Below are positions 9,671 through 25,344 of a stretch of DNA of 64,000 bases, piece after piece. The translations under genes and the position numbers were made by a program. Under the pieces are notes generated by a model that was given only the letters and a program-made list of their open reading frames with translations, was not told the DNA's origin and searched no databases. The stretch spans positions 186,001 to 250,000 of the forward strand of contig CM039004.1 in NCBI GenBank assembly GCA_017499595.2, in the 5' to 3' direction. Origin of the DNA: Psilocybe cubensis (Eukaryota). The number at the start of each line of letters is the position of its first letter. Within the stretch, counting starts at the first letter, position 1.

Positions 9671-12600
9671 GACTCGACCAGCATGGAACTTGAATTGGAA
9701 GCACCCTCGACATGACACGCCAATGTCGAGTCAGTCATCCTGGCCAACGGTCCGACTTGCAAGATAAAAGACAACATGAATTCCATAATTGGAAAGCAAG
9801 TTGCTTGTTTAAAATGGAAGAACAGTCAAACGTCGCCTCGATCATAGGGGTGCATAATACTTATCAAGTGGCTGATATATAGTAGTAATAGTGGAGATAC
9901 AGGGGAGGTAATCATTAATATCATTATTAATCAACAGTGAGACCTACTCACCGAGCACCGACGAGTAACAACCGCGAATCTTCTGCGTCCTTCGTTACCA
10001 TATCCGCATCCGCATCCGCATCCAAAATCTGCGCGGCCGAGATATGTGCATGTGTATGCACTCGACACTCGGTTGGTGTTGGTGAGTCATTACTTTTACT
10101 TTCCTTCTTTACATGTTCACTTTGACCTCCAGACCCGTGCTGCTGGCCACTTACACTTCAATTACACTTCCAATTACATAGCGTAGAACAGGGTTAGGTA
10201 TATTTATAACTGTTAGTGTTAGTGTTATGTCAAAGTCTCCTAAGTCTTCGGAGCGCGCTCAATTTGGATATCGAGGCTCAGAGCCGCTGAATTGTGCAAA
10301 TGCCAAACGCTCGTCGGGGAGTTCAGTCCCGGTGGTACTATGTTCACACTGATCAACGGTAGGTGGTATCAAAACATCACGCTGACCATGATTACTACTT
10401 GATTAAGTGAAAAAACAACCCGCTAACCAATTGCATCAGCATTTTTTGGCTGCATAAAACTATACATCCCAGTCACACGCCGCGCGCGCTCAACGACATC
10501 TACCGACAAAAATGTAACCCGGAGAGACTTTCACCGGACCTTCAAATTAAAACCATTCTGCATTCCCGACAATGACAATAGCTTAGCTTGTTTTCTCATG
10601 ACACAGGGCAGCGAAGCTAACCCACCTAACCCAGATCCACCCGCGCTATTGACGTGCCGTGCCACATCTGGATGCCCTATCACATACACACGTAGCGCGG
10701 AAGCACAGTGAAGCACGAATCCCAAAGCGTCAAGTATGCATCGGTGACGCGAGGACTCTGACCTCTGACAAGGGGTAAGTAGATAGCTTATCAGACGTCG
10801 CATCCCCATCCTTCCCAGCCCACGAAAGAAAGCACCTTCTTGTTCGTTCCTGGACCGGGTGGAGCATCCTATCTCCTTTGTTTGTTGTTCGCAGGGATGG
10901 GTAATAGCCAGCACCATCTGATTAACAAGAAATATTCCTGGAAGAAAATCGTCGTTGTTAGTTTGAGCACACGCATGTTCCATGCCCATGTTCAACAATC
11001 AGGGTGAAAGGGTGAAAGGTTCCATGATGGTCAGATTTCGAATTTCCAACCTTACCCTACGTTTCAATTTCGAGTCTATGAGTACCCTCACTGAACTGAC
11101 ATGACATAATAGAGCTCTCCGAAGACAGAAGACAGAGGTTCCAGTTCAGCGGGCACACAGGCACATCCGAATCCGAATCCGAGGCGTTTGCGTTTGCCAC
11201 CGCCACGACAGAACAGAACAGAACAGCGTCATTCGTACACTCCTTACTCTTCCATCTTCATGTCATTCCGACCTTCAGCTTCGGGTGTGACTATATACAA
11301 CCATATACAACTCACACGCGCATCGCTCAAAACACCCACCTGTAATTTATATCTCCACAAACACACACCAGTTTCCAAACAAAGACACCCAGAAAATTAC
11401 GGAGTACAATATTATACAAACACCAAACACGAAACACGAAACAGATTAAAAACCTTACCGCCACCGGACTGATCTTCTACTTGTACGTTTCTACTGTCCT
11501 CCCTCCTAGACTCGAATACGTATGTATGTATGGGAAGTGATATCTGGAAGAGCATATGTATATGATCATGAGTAAGAGCCTCACGCTAACAGGCTTAGTA
11601 CTTCGTAGTGCAGTTGAAAGTGAAAAAGCGGCGTTGTGTGTTAAAATCGGGGGAATGCGTGATGATAATTTCCAAATGTAGAGCGAGTTACCATATTTTG
11701 ACGACCCTGAGTGAAAGAGATAGAAGTTTTTTCTTAAATTTTGCTAGGTGAACTTGCATAGGTTCTCCCCGCCCGAAGGCCTGCCATATATTTTTCTATC
11801 TACAACAAACAAGGTGCCTAAAGAATCCTGTCATGTCGGCACCCTTCAAAGTTGATAGGAAGTCGGGAAGTTGTCATCGCGGAAACTCCTAATCTAGATG
11901 GGCAGTAACATAGCTTTCATTGTCACGGTACAAATGTTGCAACACGATACAGAATTGAACAGTGAAACTTACCTGCAAGTTTGCCTTGACGACACGCACC
12001 GCGATCGCCTCCAAGCACATGTTGTAGGTTGTATTGTGCACATACGTCTTTGGGATACCTGTGAACTTCCTGTCAGTCTCGCTGCAGCTCGATGTAAAAA
12101 GAACAAGCGCTCAACAACACATGCTGCTGGCAGAATAGTTGGACACGGACACAAAACATTGCTTGCGGGAACTTCAGAAACCAAAGTTCAAATTCTGCAA
12201 ACGGAGAATGGTGAGAACACGCTACAGAATTGGACCATACAACCTACGTGGACTCAATACCCGGCCGCGGGAACCTCAGAGCACAGAACATTGCTCGCGG
12301 GAACTCCAAAAATCGAATTTTGAAATCTGGCGACAGAGAACCTCTGAGCACAAAATGTTGCTCGCGGGAAGTCCAAAAAACCGGCTGCTGACAGAATAGT
12401 GAGGACACAATACAGAGTTGGGAAATAGCACCTACGTGGACTCGACAGCCGCGGGAACTTCAGAGCACAAAACATTGCTCGCGGGAACTCCAAAAAACCG
12501 AACATCGAATTCTGGTAACCGAATAGTGAGTACACAAGATGTAATTGGACAATGCCCGGCCAGAACATTGGTCCCAAAATACTGTTCAAGAGAATAGTGA

Positions 12601-15600
12601 GGAAACGACACGGAATTGGACAACGGCACCTACGTGGACTTGACACCCAGCCCGGGGGAACACAATGGCCGTGAAAAAACATCGCTCGCGGGAGCTCCAA
12701 AAATCAATTTTTAAAATCTGCTGAGAGAATAGTGAGTACACGATATGGAGTTGAGCAATGACACGTACGTGGACTCGACACCCAGGCCGCGGGAACTCCA
12801 AATATTGAATTTGAGCACACTGTGCGTGTCGGCGGACGTCCAAATATCAAATATGGGTGGGGTGCTCGCCGGAGCTCCAAAAATGCTGTTCAAGAGAGTA
12901 GTGAGGACACAACACAGACTTGGACACCAACACCTACCTGGACTCAACACCCAGGTCATGGGAACACAATGCCAGTGAAAAACATTGCTCGCGGGAGACC
13001 CAAAAATCAATTCTTAAATTCTGTTGAGAGAATAGTGAGTACACGATGCAGAGTTGGACAATGACACGTACGTGGACTCGACACCCAGGCCGCGGGAACT
13101 CCAAATATCGAATTTGAGTACACCGTGATGGCCTAGCAGTGTCGGCGGACGTCCAAATATCAAATTTGGGTGGGACAGCATCATGTAGCGGACTGGCATA
13201 AACTCGGGATACAATCCCTGGCAAAGGAAAAAAATCAAAGTCGACCTATATACCGCATATTCAAGCTCCGCTATCCCTGCCACAAACAAACCCAAATTCT
13301 TCTAGCTCTGATCAATTTCGCTCCTATCAAGGTATACGTACATATCCCGCTCCAGCTCAATTTTCAGACCGTAGAATACTTCATCTTCAATTCAACCCTG
13401 AAGATACTTTGAATTCAGTCTACAAAACAAAATGACACTCAACTTTACATCACAGACACGAGTTCGAATGAAGACAACGCTTCAAGATCAAAAATAACGC
13501 ACAAGTCCTCAATAACGAAACCACGCCGCTAGCGAATATCGGCTACTAGTAAGCAATATCTGGATCTAAAACCCAGCCCGTCGGTGCCCACAAACCAATC
13601 GTGCGGTTTTCAGGGTCGAAAATCTGCCTTTGAATGACGCAAGTCTATCAAATTCAGGCCCCAAATTGAGTTTCCGGCTATTTTAGGTATGGTTGAAAGC
13701 TCAATTCTAAGGATTAACTGTGGATGCGTGTGATTCTGATGCAATTCTCTGTTTGTTCAAGGTAAGATTCCAACTAAAAGTCTATGTCGCATTTTCGGAC
13801 TCAAAATCCGTGATTGATCGCTCCCCAGCGATTATACGTCACTAGGTACTATCTTATTTGTCTGTGTCGCCGGACGCCCACAAACAAGTTCACAACCCGA
13901 GCCAAATTCGGATTGCCATGCTAATTTAAATAGTGCCTACGTCCAGACGGGTAGAAAAACATGTTTAAACTCTGAAAACGGGTATATATAACGTACCTTG
14001 CCTGCTTTCCATAGCCGGGACCTGTCCAAAAATATATTTAAAACTGACATTAACACTCGTCGATAGAACTCGAATGGCGGTTGTTGAAGCTCCTGGAAAA
14101 CGGTAACATTGCATTCACTGCTAGAGAACAAGACAGGCTTATCTATACCAGTTTAGTTCATTAGGAGAGGTTGGAAACTACGCTACACAGACAGATCTTT
14201 GCATAGTAACCGTTTAAACACATTTCAAGCTCACCAAATCATATAACGGATGAAAACAGCGAGCCAACAGTATACAATGAGCATACTTCACAAAGGTCAC
14301 CGTGTCTGTACAAATTTGTGCACTCCAGACGCTCGTAAACTATCTAAATTAACATTCAAATCGAAATAACCCACTACACGGACCCACAACCACCACTAAA
14401 GACACCCGGAAACGGCTGGAATGAGGTACATACAGAGATACCCCACCGATAGCATCACTAACCCACAAGCCAGACCTGCTCGCATGTCACATAGACCACA
14501 TCCAACGCCACGAACCAACCTCCTCCTCCTCCCCATTTACACATCCACAAGCATCTCAACCCGCGTTCTTTTCGCCCCCTTCGCGTTTCAGACCCATTAC
14601 GACACCCCTTACATACACGATCGAACTATCTGTCAGAAGAAAATGAGAGGAAGACGCGGTGAACTCGACGAACGTTGCTGTGTGCTGGCAGCACATACAC
14701 GCTATTTGCGCAGAGAACGCGGTTTTGTACGTGTTTATAGAGTCAGAGGGGCTATATGGTAACTTGAGTGGTATCCGGATATCGTTGGGAGGTTGGTGAG
14801 GCCGTGGATTCGCGGTCGAGGGTTGTTTGTGCAAATGATCCCTGCATGTTGAAATCGCCCGTTTCACTCGAAATATCGTATATCTGTGCGTTTATGGTGA
14901 ATGTGGGTGATTGTACACACAATATATTTCGCCACTTGATGTTCGAGATTGAAAATGTCAAGTCAGTTCTCAAATTCATCGAAACAATATCCATACTCGC
15001 CTCTTCTCCTCCACCCCGAATCCACCGCTCTTCTCTCAAATTTCGAACCGGATTCATATCACCCCCTAATCTATGAATACCCACTAGTCTATCTCACGTA
15101 CATACTCGCATAATCCGAAGCTCAAACACGAAAATTTTCATCCATCTCCCGAGCACCGAATTCAGTTCTCCAGCACTAGAGCACAAAAACCACGTACGAG
15201 TTCAATAAAGACGCAAATTAAGAATACACCGAATGCACACTAACACGTTTCGGATGTTCAGATAGTGCTCCAGGTTTGAATTTTTGCAACACAACTCACC
15301 AAGTGTGCATGATCCTCGGATGTCTCTCCCCGTCCCATTCTTCCGAAAGAATGGCATTTTCAAACGACTTTGTTGTCAAGGGTTCTATTCGGGTGATACG
15401 TAATAGTGAACGGTGTTTTGAAAATGTTGGATCGAGCGGTGTCTTGACAAAAGCTAGATGTCGATGTTATGTATATTTCACTGAAATGCATTGTACGTAC
15501 GGATTCAACGCGATGGCAATGACATACCGAGTAGTAGCAGAGTGAATAATTCAAATCTTGCAGCAGAGTGGCACTGTACTCGATAAAGCTGGAAGAAAGT

Positions 15601-17507
15601 TGACATTGCAAGAAATTCCATGTTTGAATCCAAACCGAAACGAAATGTCCATCAAACACACCGAAACAAAATGTCCAAATCAAACACACCAAAAACACAT
15701 CTATTCACAGTTCCAAAAGGTTTAACGACAGAAGCAAGCCGTACATACCCTCGGCTAGCACTCGCTTCGCATTGAACTAGCAAAAACTCATTCGTAGATC
15801 CTCAAACTCGGACCCTGCAAAGCACGGTACAACCCGAAATTGCATAGCGTACCGGTGTACGTACAGCGGCGTGTTTCTGGGACTATAAAAGGGTGCGTGA
15901 ATCGACTCACTTTTTCCCATTCCACTCCCACTCCCCTCTCAGGGGTCCTCTCCTCTCTCCTCCCCTGTTCTGCACGGTGTCGGTTGTTCAGGTAAGCTAT
16001 TCAGCTGCGCTTTGACACCGCGACTGACGGTGTTTTACCGCCTGTTTGTGTGCCAGGTCATCGACTCGACTGACGAGCAGAGCACAGCAGACGTGTCCTG
16101 CACACGGTGAGTGAACTGCTTGGGTCTGTTGAGACGATGCTGAATGGTGGTGTCGTGGTCTAGACGCGTTGTAGCGACATATTCAGTGAGTACGAGTGAA
16201 AATGTGTGACTCGCCTCATCCTGACGCGTCCCCCTTGCCCCCATTGCCACAGGTCATTGTGCTGCTCATGGGTTGACGTGTCGCGCTGGAACGTGAGTAC
16301 GAACCCTACACACACGTACATAACCACTCCCATAGTGCTGCAAGACCCTTCTCGTGTCGTTTCACGCTCTCTGCCGCGTTGTTGAGAACTCGATTGAGGC
16401 CGGGCTAGAATGAGAGGTAGATGTGAGTACGAGCCTTACACACATGTACATGACCACTCACCGGACACTTCCATTGTGCTTGTCGTTCCGCCCTCTCTGC
16501 GCCGTGGCGCCATGGTCTGTGAGTACAAGTAAAAACAAGATAGTCACGCCACGCTGAAGCTCTTTTCCTCACCCGATGACTGCTCGCCGTATACAAGAGG
16601 ACCCGCCCATTGCACAGCAAGACCCTTACACCACCACCCGTCATTTCGCCCTGTCTGCCGATTTGTGCATCGTGAGATGCGCCATAGCGCCATGTCCTGT
16701 GAGTACATATGAAAATGGCCTGGTCGCGTCATGCTGAAGCACCCTTCTTCACCCCCGCTATCACAGGTTGCCACCCATAGCACTGGACCTCGAGGCAACA
16801 GTGAGTACTAAATCCCAAACACATATAGATGTCCGCTCACCGTGTGTAAAAGGACCATTTTGTTGTGATGCAAAGAGACCTTCCCCGCCCATCGCTTTGC
16901 CCGTTGGATGCGCCGCGGCGCTGTGTTCAGTGAGTAAAGTGAATATAAAACCCCTTCACTGAATCACCTCGTCTCGACCTAGTGTCCAGTGTTGTGTTGA
17001 GGCTAGGCATATTGGTGAGTAAGAGGACGACGGCCTGGCCAACCCCTCGTTTATGACCTTGTAAGCTGAATAGATGGTGTCCAGTGTTGTGCAGGAGGGT
17101 GTAATGGATGTGTCGGGGTTAGGCATGGTGGTGAGTAAGACTACATAACCACTCACCGTGTGTAAGAGGATGACGTCCCTCATTTTTGACCTCGTACACT
17201 GCCAAAGTGCTGTCCCACCCCGCTCGCCTCTAACAGCCCCGCACAACCACTCGTTTTCGACCTCGTATGCTTGGTGTCTAGTGTTGGGCAGGAGGATATA
17301 AGTGATGTGTTGATGTTAGGCATAGTGGTGAGTAAGACTACATAACTGCTCACCGTGTGCAAGAGGATGACGTCCCTCATTTTTGACCTTGTACACTGCC
17401 AGAGTGCTGTCCCACCCCGCTCGCCTCTGATAAGACCCCACGGACCAGACGGAAAGTTGTAGGCATGGTACGTGATGATTATGCGTCGGGAAACAGTGGT
17501 TAGACTC
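9671..17507. repeat. Unit 2 (A2 9671-11591 + B2 11592-17507)
   Basis: ORF translations identical to neighbouring units at offset 7837. Confidence 0.95.
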
Positions 17508-20500
17508 GACTCGACCAGCATGGAACTTGAATTGGAAGCACCCTCGACATGACACGCCAATGTCGAGTCAGTCATCCTGGCCAACGGTCCGACTTGCAAG
17601 ATAAAAGACAACATGAATTCCATAATTGGAAAGCAAGTTGCTTGTTTAAAATGGAAGAACAGTCAAACGTCGCCTCGATCATAGGGGTGCATAATACTTA
17701 TCAAGTGGCTGATATATAGTAGTAATAGTGGAGATACAGGGGAGGTAATCATTAATATCATTATTAATCAACAGTGAGACCTACTCACCGAGCACCGACG
17801 AGTAACAACCGCGAATCTTCTGCGTCCTTCGTTACCATATCCGCATCCGCATCCGCATCCAAAATCTGCGCGGCCGAGATATGTGCATGTGTATGCACTC
17901 GACACTCGGTTGGTGTTGGTGAGTCATTACTTTTACTTTCCTTCTTTACATGTTCACTTTGACCTCCAGACCCGTGCTGCTGGCCACTTACACTTCAATT
18001 ACACTTCCAATTACATAGCGTAGAACAGGGTTAGGTATATTTATAACTGTTAGTGTTAGTGTTATGTCAAAGTCTCCTAAGTCTTCGGAGCGCGCTCAAT
18101 TTGGATATCGAGGCTCAGAGCCGCTGAATTGTGCAAATGCCAAACGCTCGTCGGGGAGTTCAGTCCCGGTGGTACTATGTTCACACTGATCAACGGTAGG
18201 TGGTATCAAAACATCACGCTGACCATGATTACTACTTGATTAAGTGAAAAAACAACCCGCTAACCAATTGCATCAGCATTTTTTGGCTGCATAAAACTAT
18301 ACATCCCAGTCACACGCCGCGCGCGCTCAACGACATCTACCGACAAAAATGTAACCCGGAGAGACTTTCACCGGACCTTCAAATTAAAACCATTCTGCAT
18401 TCCCGACAATGACAATAGCTTAGCTTGTTTTCTCATGACACAGGGCAGCGAAGCTAACCCACCTAACCCAGATCCACCCGCGCTATTGACGTGCCGTGCC
18501 ACATCTGGATGCCCTATCACATACACACGTAGCGCGGAAGCACAGTGAAGCACGAATCCCAAAGCGTCAAGTATGCATCGGTGACGCGAGGACTCTGACC
18601 TCTGACAAGGGGTAAGTAGATAGCTTATCAGACGTCGCATCCCCATCCTTCCCAGCCCACGAAAGAAAGCACCTTCTTGTTCGTTCCTGGACCGGGTGGA
18701 GCATCCTATCTCCTTTGTTTGTTGTTCGCAGGGATGGGTAATAGCCAGCACCATCTGATTAACAAGAAATATTCCTGGAAGAAAATCGTCGTTGTTAGTT
18801 TGAGCACACGCATGTTCCATGCCCATGTTCAACAATCAGGGTGAAAGGGTGAAAGGTTCCATGATGGTCAGATTTCGAATTTCCAACCTTACCCTACGTT
18901 TCAATTTCGAGTCTATGAGTACCCTCACTGAACTGACATGACATAATAGAGCTCTCCGAAGACAGAAGACAGAGGTTCCAGTTCAGCGGGCACACAGGCA
19001 CATCCGAATCCGAATCCGAGGCGTTTGCGTTTGCCACCGCCACGACAGAACAGAACAGAACAGCGTCATTCGTACACTCCTTACTCTTCCATCTTCATGT
19101 CATTCCGACCTTCAGCTTCGGGTGTGACTATATACAACCATATACAACTCACACGCGCATCGCTCAAAACACCCACCTGTAATTTATATCTCCACAAACA
19201 CACACCAGTTTCCAAACAAAGACACCCAGAAAATTACGGAGTACAATATTATACAAACACCAAACACGAAACACGAAACAGATTAAAAACCTTACCGCCA
19301 CCGGACTGATCTTCTACTTGTACGTTTCTACTGTCCTCCCTCCTAGACTCGAATACGTATGTATGTATGGGAAGTGATATCTGGAAGAGCATATGTATAT
19401 GATCATGAGTAAGAGCCTCACGCTAACAGGCTTAGTACTTCGTAGTGCAGTTGAAAGTGAAAAAGCGGCGTTGTGTGTTAAAATCGGGGGAATGCGTGAT
19501 GATAATTTCCAAATGTAGAGCGAGTTACCATATTTTGACGACCCTGAGTGAAAGAGATAGAAGTTTTTTCTTAAATTTTGCTAGGTGAACTTGCATAGGT
19601 TCTCCCCGCCCGAAGGCCTGCCATATATTTTTCTATCTACAACAAACAAGGTGCCTAAAGAATCCTGTCATGTCGGCACCCTTCAAAGTTGATAGGAAGT
19701 CGGGAAGTTGTCATCGCGGAAACTCCTAATCTAGATGGGCAGTAACATAGCTTTCATTGTCACGGTACAAATGTTGCAACACGATACAGAATTGAACAGT
19801 GAAACTTACCTGCAAGTTTGCCTTGACGACACGCACCGCGATCGCCTCCAAGCACATGTTGTAGGTTGTATTGTGCACATACGTCTTTGGGATACCTGTG
19901 AACTTCCTGTCAGTCTCGCTGCAGCTCGATGTAAAAAGAACAAGCGCTCAACAACACATGCTGCTGGCAGAATAGTTGGACACGGACACAAAACATTGCT
20001 TGCGGGAACTTCAGAAACCAAAGTTCAAATTCTGCAAACGGAGAATGGTGAGAACACGCTACAGAATTGGACCATACAACCTACGTGGACTCAATACCCG
20101 GCCGCGGGAACCTCAGAGCACAGAACATTGCTCGCGGGAACTCCAAAAATCGAATTTTGAAATCTGGCGACAGAGAACCTCTGAGCACAAAATGTTGCTC
20201 GCGGGAAGTCCAAAAAACCGGCTGCTGACAGAATAGTGAGGACACAATACAGAGTTGGGAAATAGCACCTACGTGGACTCGACAGCCGCGGGAACTTCAG
20301 AGCACAAAACATTGCTCGCGGGAACTCCAAAAAACCGAACATCGAATTCTGGTAACCGAATAGTGAGTACACAAGATGTAATTGGACAATGCCCGGCCAG
20401 AACATTGGTCCCAAAATACTGTTCAAGAGAATAGTGAGGAAACGACACGGAATTGGACAACGGCACCTACGTGGACTTGACACCCAGCCCGGGGGAACAC

Positions 20501-23500
20501 AATGGCCGTGAAAAAACATCGCTCGCGGGAGCTCCAAAAATCAATTTTTAAAATCTGCTGAGAGAATAGTGAGTACACGATATGGAGTTGAGCAATGACA
20601 CGTACGTGGACTCGACACCCAGGCCGCGGGAACTCCAAATATTGAATTTGAGCACACTGTGCGTGTCGGCGGACGTCCAAATATCAAATATGGGTGGGGT
20701 GCTCGCCGGAGCTCCAAAAATGCTGTTCAAGAGAGTAGTGAGGACACAACACAGACTTGGACACCAACACCTACCTGGACTCAACACCCAGGTCATGGGA
20801 ACACAATGCCAGTGAAAAACATTGCTCGCGGGAGACCCAAAAATCAATTCTTAAATTCTGTTGAGAGAATAGTGAGTACACGATGCAGAGTTGGACAATG
20901 ACACGTACGTGGACTCGACACCCAGGCCGCGGGAACTCCAAATATCGAATTTGAGTACACCGTGATGGCCTAGCAGTGTCGGCGGACGTCCAAATATCAA
21001 ATTTGGGTGGGACAGCATCATGTAGCGGACTGGCATAAACTCGGGATACAATCCCTGGCAAAGGAAAAAAATCAAAGTCGACCTATATACCGCATATTCA
21101 AGCTCCGCTATCCCTGCCACAAACAAACCCAAATTCTTCTAGCTCTGATCAATTTCGCTCCTATCAAGGTATACGTACATATCCCGCTCCAGCTCAATTT
21201 TCAGACCGTAGAATACTTCATCTTCAATTCAACCCTGAAGATACTTTGAATTCAGTCTACAAAACAAAATGACACTCAACTTTACATCACAGACACGAGT
21301 TCGAATGAAGACAACGCTTCAAGATCAAAAATAACGCACAAGTCCTCAATAACGAAACCACGCCGCTAGCGAATATCGGCTACTAGTAAGCAATATCTGG
21401 ATCTAAAACCCAGCCCGTCGGTGCCCACAAACCAATCGTGCGGTTTTCAGGGTCGAAAATCTGCCTTTGAATGACGCAAGTCTATCAAATTCAGGCCCCA
21501 AATTGAGTTTCCGGCTATTTTAGGTATGGTTGAAAGCTCAATTCTAAGGATTAACTGTGGATGCGTGTGATTCTGATGCAATTCTCTGTTTGTTCAAGGT
21601 AAGATTCCAACTAAAAGTCTATGTCGCATTTTCGGACTCAAAATCCGTGATTGATCGCTCCCCAGCGATTATACGTCACTAGGTACTATCTTATTTGTCT
21701 GTGTCGCCGGACGCCCACAAACAAGTTCACAACCCGAGCCAAATTCGGATTGCCATGCTAATTTAAATAGTGCCTACGTCCAGACGGGTAGAAAAACATG
21801 TTTAAACTCTGAAAACGGGTATATATAACGTACCTTGCCTGCTTTCCATAGCCGGGACCTGTCCAAAAATATATTTAAAACTGACATTAACACTCGTCGA
21901 TAGAACTCGAATGGCGGTTGTTGAAGCTCCTGGAAAACGGTAACATTGCATTCACTGCTAGAGAACAAGACAGGCTTATCTATACCAGTTTAGTTCATTA
22001 GGAGAGGTTGGAAACTACGCTACACAGACAGATCTTTGCATAGTAACCGTTTAAACACATTTCAAGCTCACCAAATCATATAACGGATGAAAACAGCGAG
22101 CCAACAGTATACAATGAGCATACTTCACAAAGGTCACCGTGTCTGTACAAATTTGTGCACTCCAGACGCTCGTAAACTATCTAAATTAACATTCAAATCG
22201 AAATAACCCACTACACGGACCCACAACCACCACTAAAGACACCCGGAAACGGCTGGAATGAGGTACATACAGAGATACCCCACCGATAGCATCACTAACC
22301 CACAAGCCAGACCTGCTCGCATGTCACATAGACCACATCCAACGCCACGAACCAACCTCCTCCTCCTCCCCATTTACACATCCACAAGCATCTCAACCCG
22401 CGTTCTTTTCGCCCCCTTCGCGTTTCAGACCCATTACGACACCCCTTACATACACGATCGAACTATCTGTCAGAAGAAAATGAGAGGAAGACGCGGTGAA
22501 CTCGACGAACGTTGCTGTGTGCTGGCAGCACATACACGCTATTTGCGCAGAGAACGCGGTTTTGTACGTGTTTATAGAGTCAGAGGGGCTATATGGTAAC
22601 TTGAGTGGTATCCGGATATCGTTGGGAGGTTGGTGAGGCCGTGGATTCGCGGTCGAGGGTTGTTTGTGCAAATGATCCCTGCATGTTGAAATCGCCCGTT
22701 TCACTCGAAATATCGTATATCTGTGCGTTTATGGTGAATGTGGGTGATTGTACACACAATATATTTCGCCACTTGATGTTCGAGATTGAAAATGTCAAGT
22801 CAGTTCTCAAATTCATCGAAACAATATCCATACTCGCCTCTTCTCCTCCACCCCGAATCCACCGCTCTTCTCTCAAATTTCGAACCGGATTCATATCACC
22901 CCCTAATCTATGAATACCCACTAGTCTATCTCACGTACATACTCGCATAATCCGAAGCTCAAACACGAAAATTTTCATCCATCTCCCGAGCACCGAATTC
23001 AGTTCTCCAGCACTAGAGCACAAAAACCACGTACGAGTTCAATAAAGACGCAAATTAAGAATACACCGAATGCACACTAACACGTTTCGGATGTTCAGAT
23101 AGTGCTCCAGGTTTGAATTTTTGCAACACAACTCACCAAGTGTGCATGATCCTCGGATGTCTCTCCCCGTCCCATTCTTCCGAAAGAATGGCATTTTCAA
23201 ACGACTTTGTTGTCAAGGGTTCTATTCGGGTGATACGTAATAGTGAACGGTGTTTTGAAAATGTTGGATCGAGCGGTGTCTTGACAAAAGCTAGATGTCG
23301 ATGTTATGTATATTTCACTGAAATGCATTGTACGTACGGATTCAACGCGATGGCAATGACATACCGAGTAGTAGCAGAGTGAATAATTCAAATCTTGCAG
23401 CAGAGTGGCACTGTACTCGATAAAGCTGGAAGAAAGTTGACATTGCAAGAAATTCCATGTTTGAATCCAAACCGAAACGAAATGTCCATCAAACACACCG

Positions 23501-25344
23501 AAACAAAATGTCCAAATCAAACACACCAAAAACACATCTATTCACAGTTCCAAAAGGTTTAACGACAGAAGCAAGCCGTACATACCCTCGGCTAGCACTC
23601 GCTTCGCATTGAACTAGCAAAAACTCATTCGTAGATCCTCAAACTCGGACCCTGCAAAGCACGGTACAACCCGAAATTGCATAGCGTACCGGTGTACGTA
23701 CAGCGGCGTGTTTCTGGGACTATAAAAGGGTGCGTGAATCGACTCACTTTTTCCCATTCCACTCCCACTCCCCTCTCAGGGGTCCTCTCCTCTCTCCTCC
23801 CCTGTTCTGCACGGTGTCGGTTGTTCAGGTAAGCTATTCAGCTGCGCTTTGACACCGCGACTGACGGTGTTTTACCGCCTGTTTGTGTGCCAGGTCATCG
23901 ACTCGACTGACGAGCAGAGCACAGCAGACGTGTCCTGCACACGGTGAGTGAACTGCTTGGGTCTGTTGAGACGATGCTGAATGGTGGTGTCGTGGTCTAG
24001 ACGCGTTGTAGCGACATATTCAGTGAGTACGAGTGAAAATGTGTGACTCGCCTCATCCTGACGCGTCCCCCTTGCCCCCATTGCCACAGGTCATTGTGCT
24101 GCTCATGGGTTGACGTGTCGCGCTGGAACGTGAGTACGAACCCTACACACACGTACATAACCACTCCCATAGTGCTGCAAGACCCTTCTCGTGTCGTTTC
24201 ACGCTCTCTGCCGCGTTGTTGAGAACTCGATTGAGGCCGGGCTAGAATGAGAGGTAGATGTGAGTACGAGCCTTACACACATGTACATGACCACTCACCG
24301 GACACTTCCATTGTGCTTGTCGTTCCGCCCTCTCTGCGCCGTGGCGCCATGGTCTGTGAGTACAAGTAAAAACAAGATAGTCACGCCACGCTGAAGCTCT
24401 TTTCCTCACCCGATGACTGCTCGCCGTATACAAGAGGACCCGCCCATTGCACAGCAAGACCCTTACACCACCACCCGTCATTTCGCCCTGTCTGCCGATT
24501 TGTGCATCGTGAGATGCGCCATAGCGCCATGTCCTGTGAGTACATATGAAAATGGCCTGGTCGCGTCATGCTGAAGCACCCTTCTTCACCCCCGCTATCA
24601 CAGGTTGCCACCCATAGCACTGGACCTCGAGGCAACAGTGAGTACTAAATCCCAAACACATATAGATGTCCGCTCACCGTGTGTAAAAGGACCATTTTGT
24701 TGTGATGCAAAGAGACCTTCCCCGCCCATCGCTTTGCCCGTTGGATGCGCCGCGGCGCTGTGTTCAGTGAGTAAAGTGAATATAAAACCCCTTCACTGAA
24801 TCACCTCGTCTCGACCTAGTGTCCAGTGTTGTGTTGAGGCTAGGCATATTGGTGAGTAAGAGGACGACGGCCTGGCCAACCCCTCGTTTATGACCTTGTA
24901 AGCTGAATAGATGGTGTCCAGTGTTGTGCAGGAGGGTGTAATGGATGTGTCGGGGTTAGGCATGGTGGTGAGTAAGACTACATAACCACTCACCGTGTGT
25001 AAGAGGATGACGTCCCTCATTTTTGACCTCGTACACTGCCAAAGTGCTGTCCCACCCCGCTCGCCTCTAACAGCCCCGCACAACCACTCGTTTTCGACCT
25101 CGTATGCTTGGTGTCTAGTGTTGGGCAGGAGGATATAAGTGATGTGTTGATGTTAGGCATAGTGGTGAGTAAGACTACATAACTGCTCACCGTGTGCAAG
25201 AGGATGACGTCCCTCATTTTTGACCTTGTACACTGCCAGAGTGCTGTCCCACCCCGCTCGCCTCTGATAAGACCCCACGGACCAGACGGAAAGTTGTAGG
25301 CATGGTACGTGATGATTATGCGTCGGGAAACAGTGGTTAGACTC
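17508..25344. repeat. Unit 3 (A3 17508-19428 + B3 19429-25344)
   Basis: ORF translations identical at offset 7837. Confidence 0.95.

Noticed and set aside
1832-11591. A segments as LTRs of a tandem LTR retroelement
   Set aside because: A ends in CA but has no matching TG start, no PBS or PPT, no TSD around the array, and B has no gag/pol remnant.
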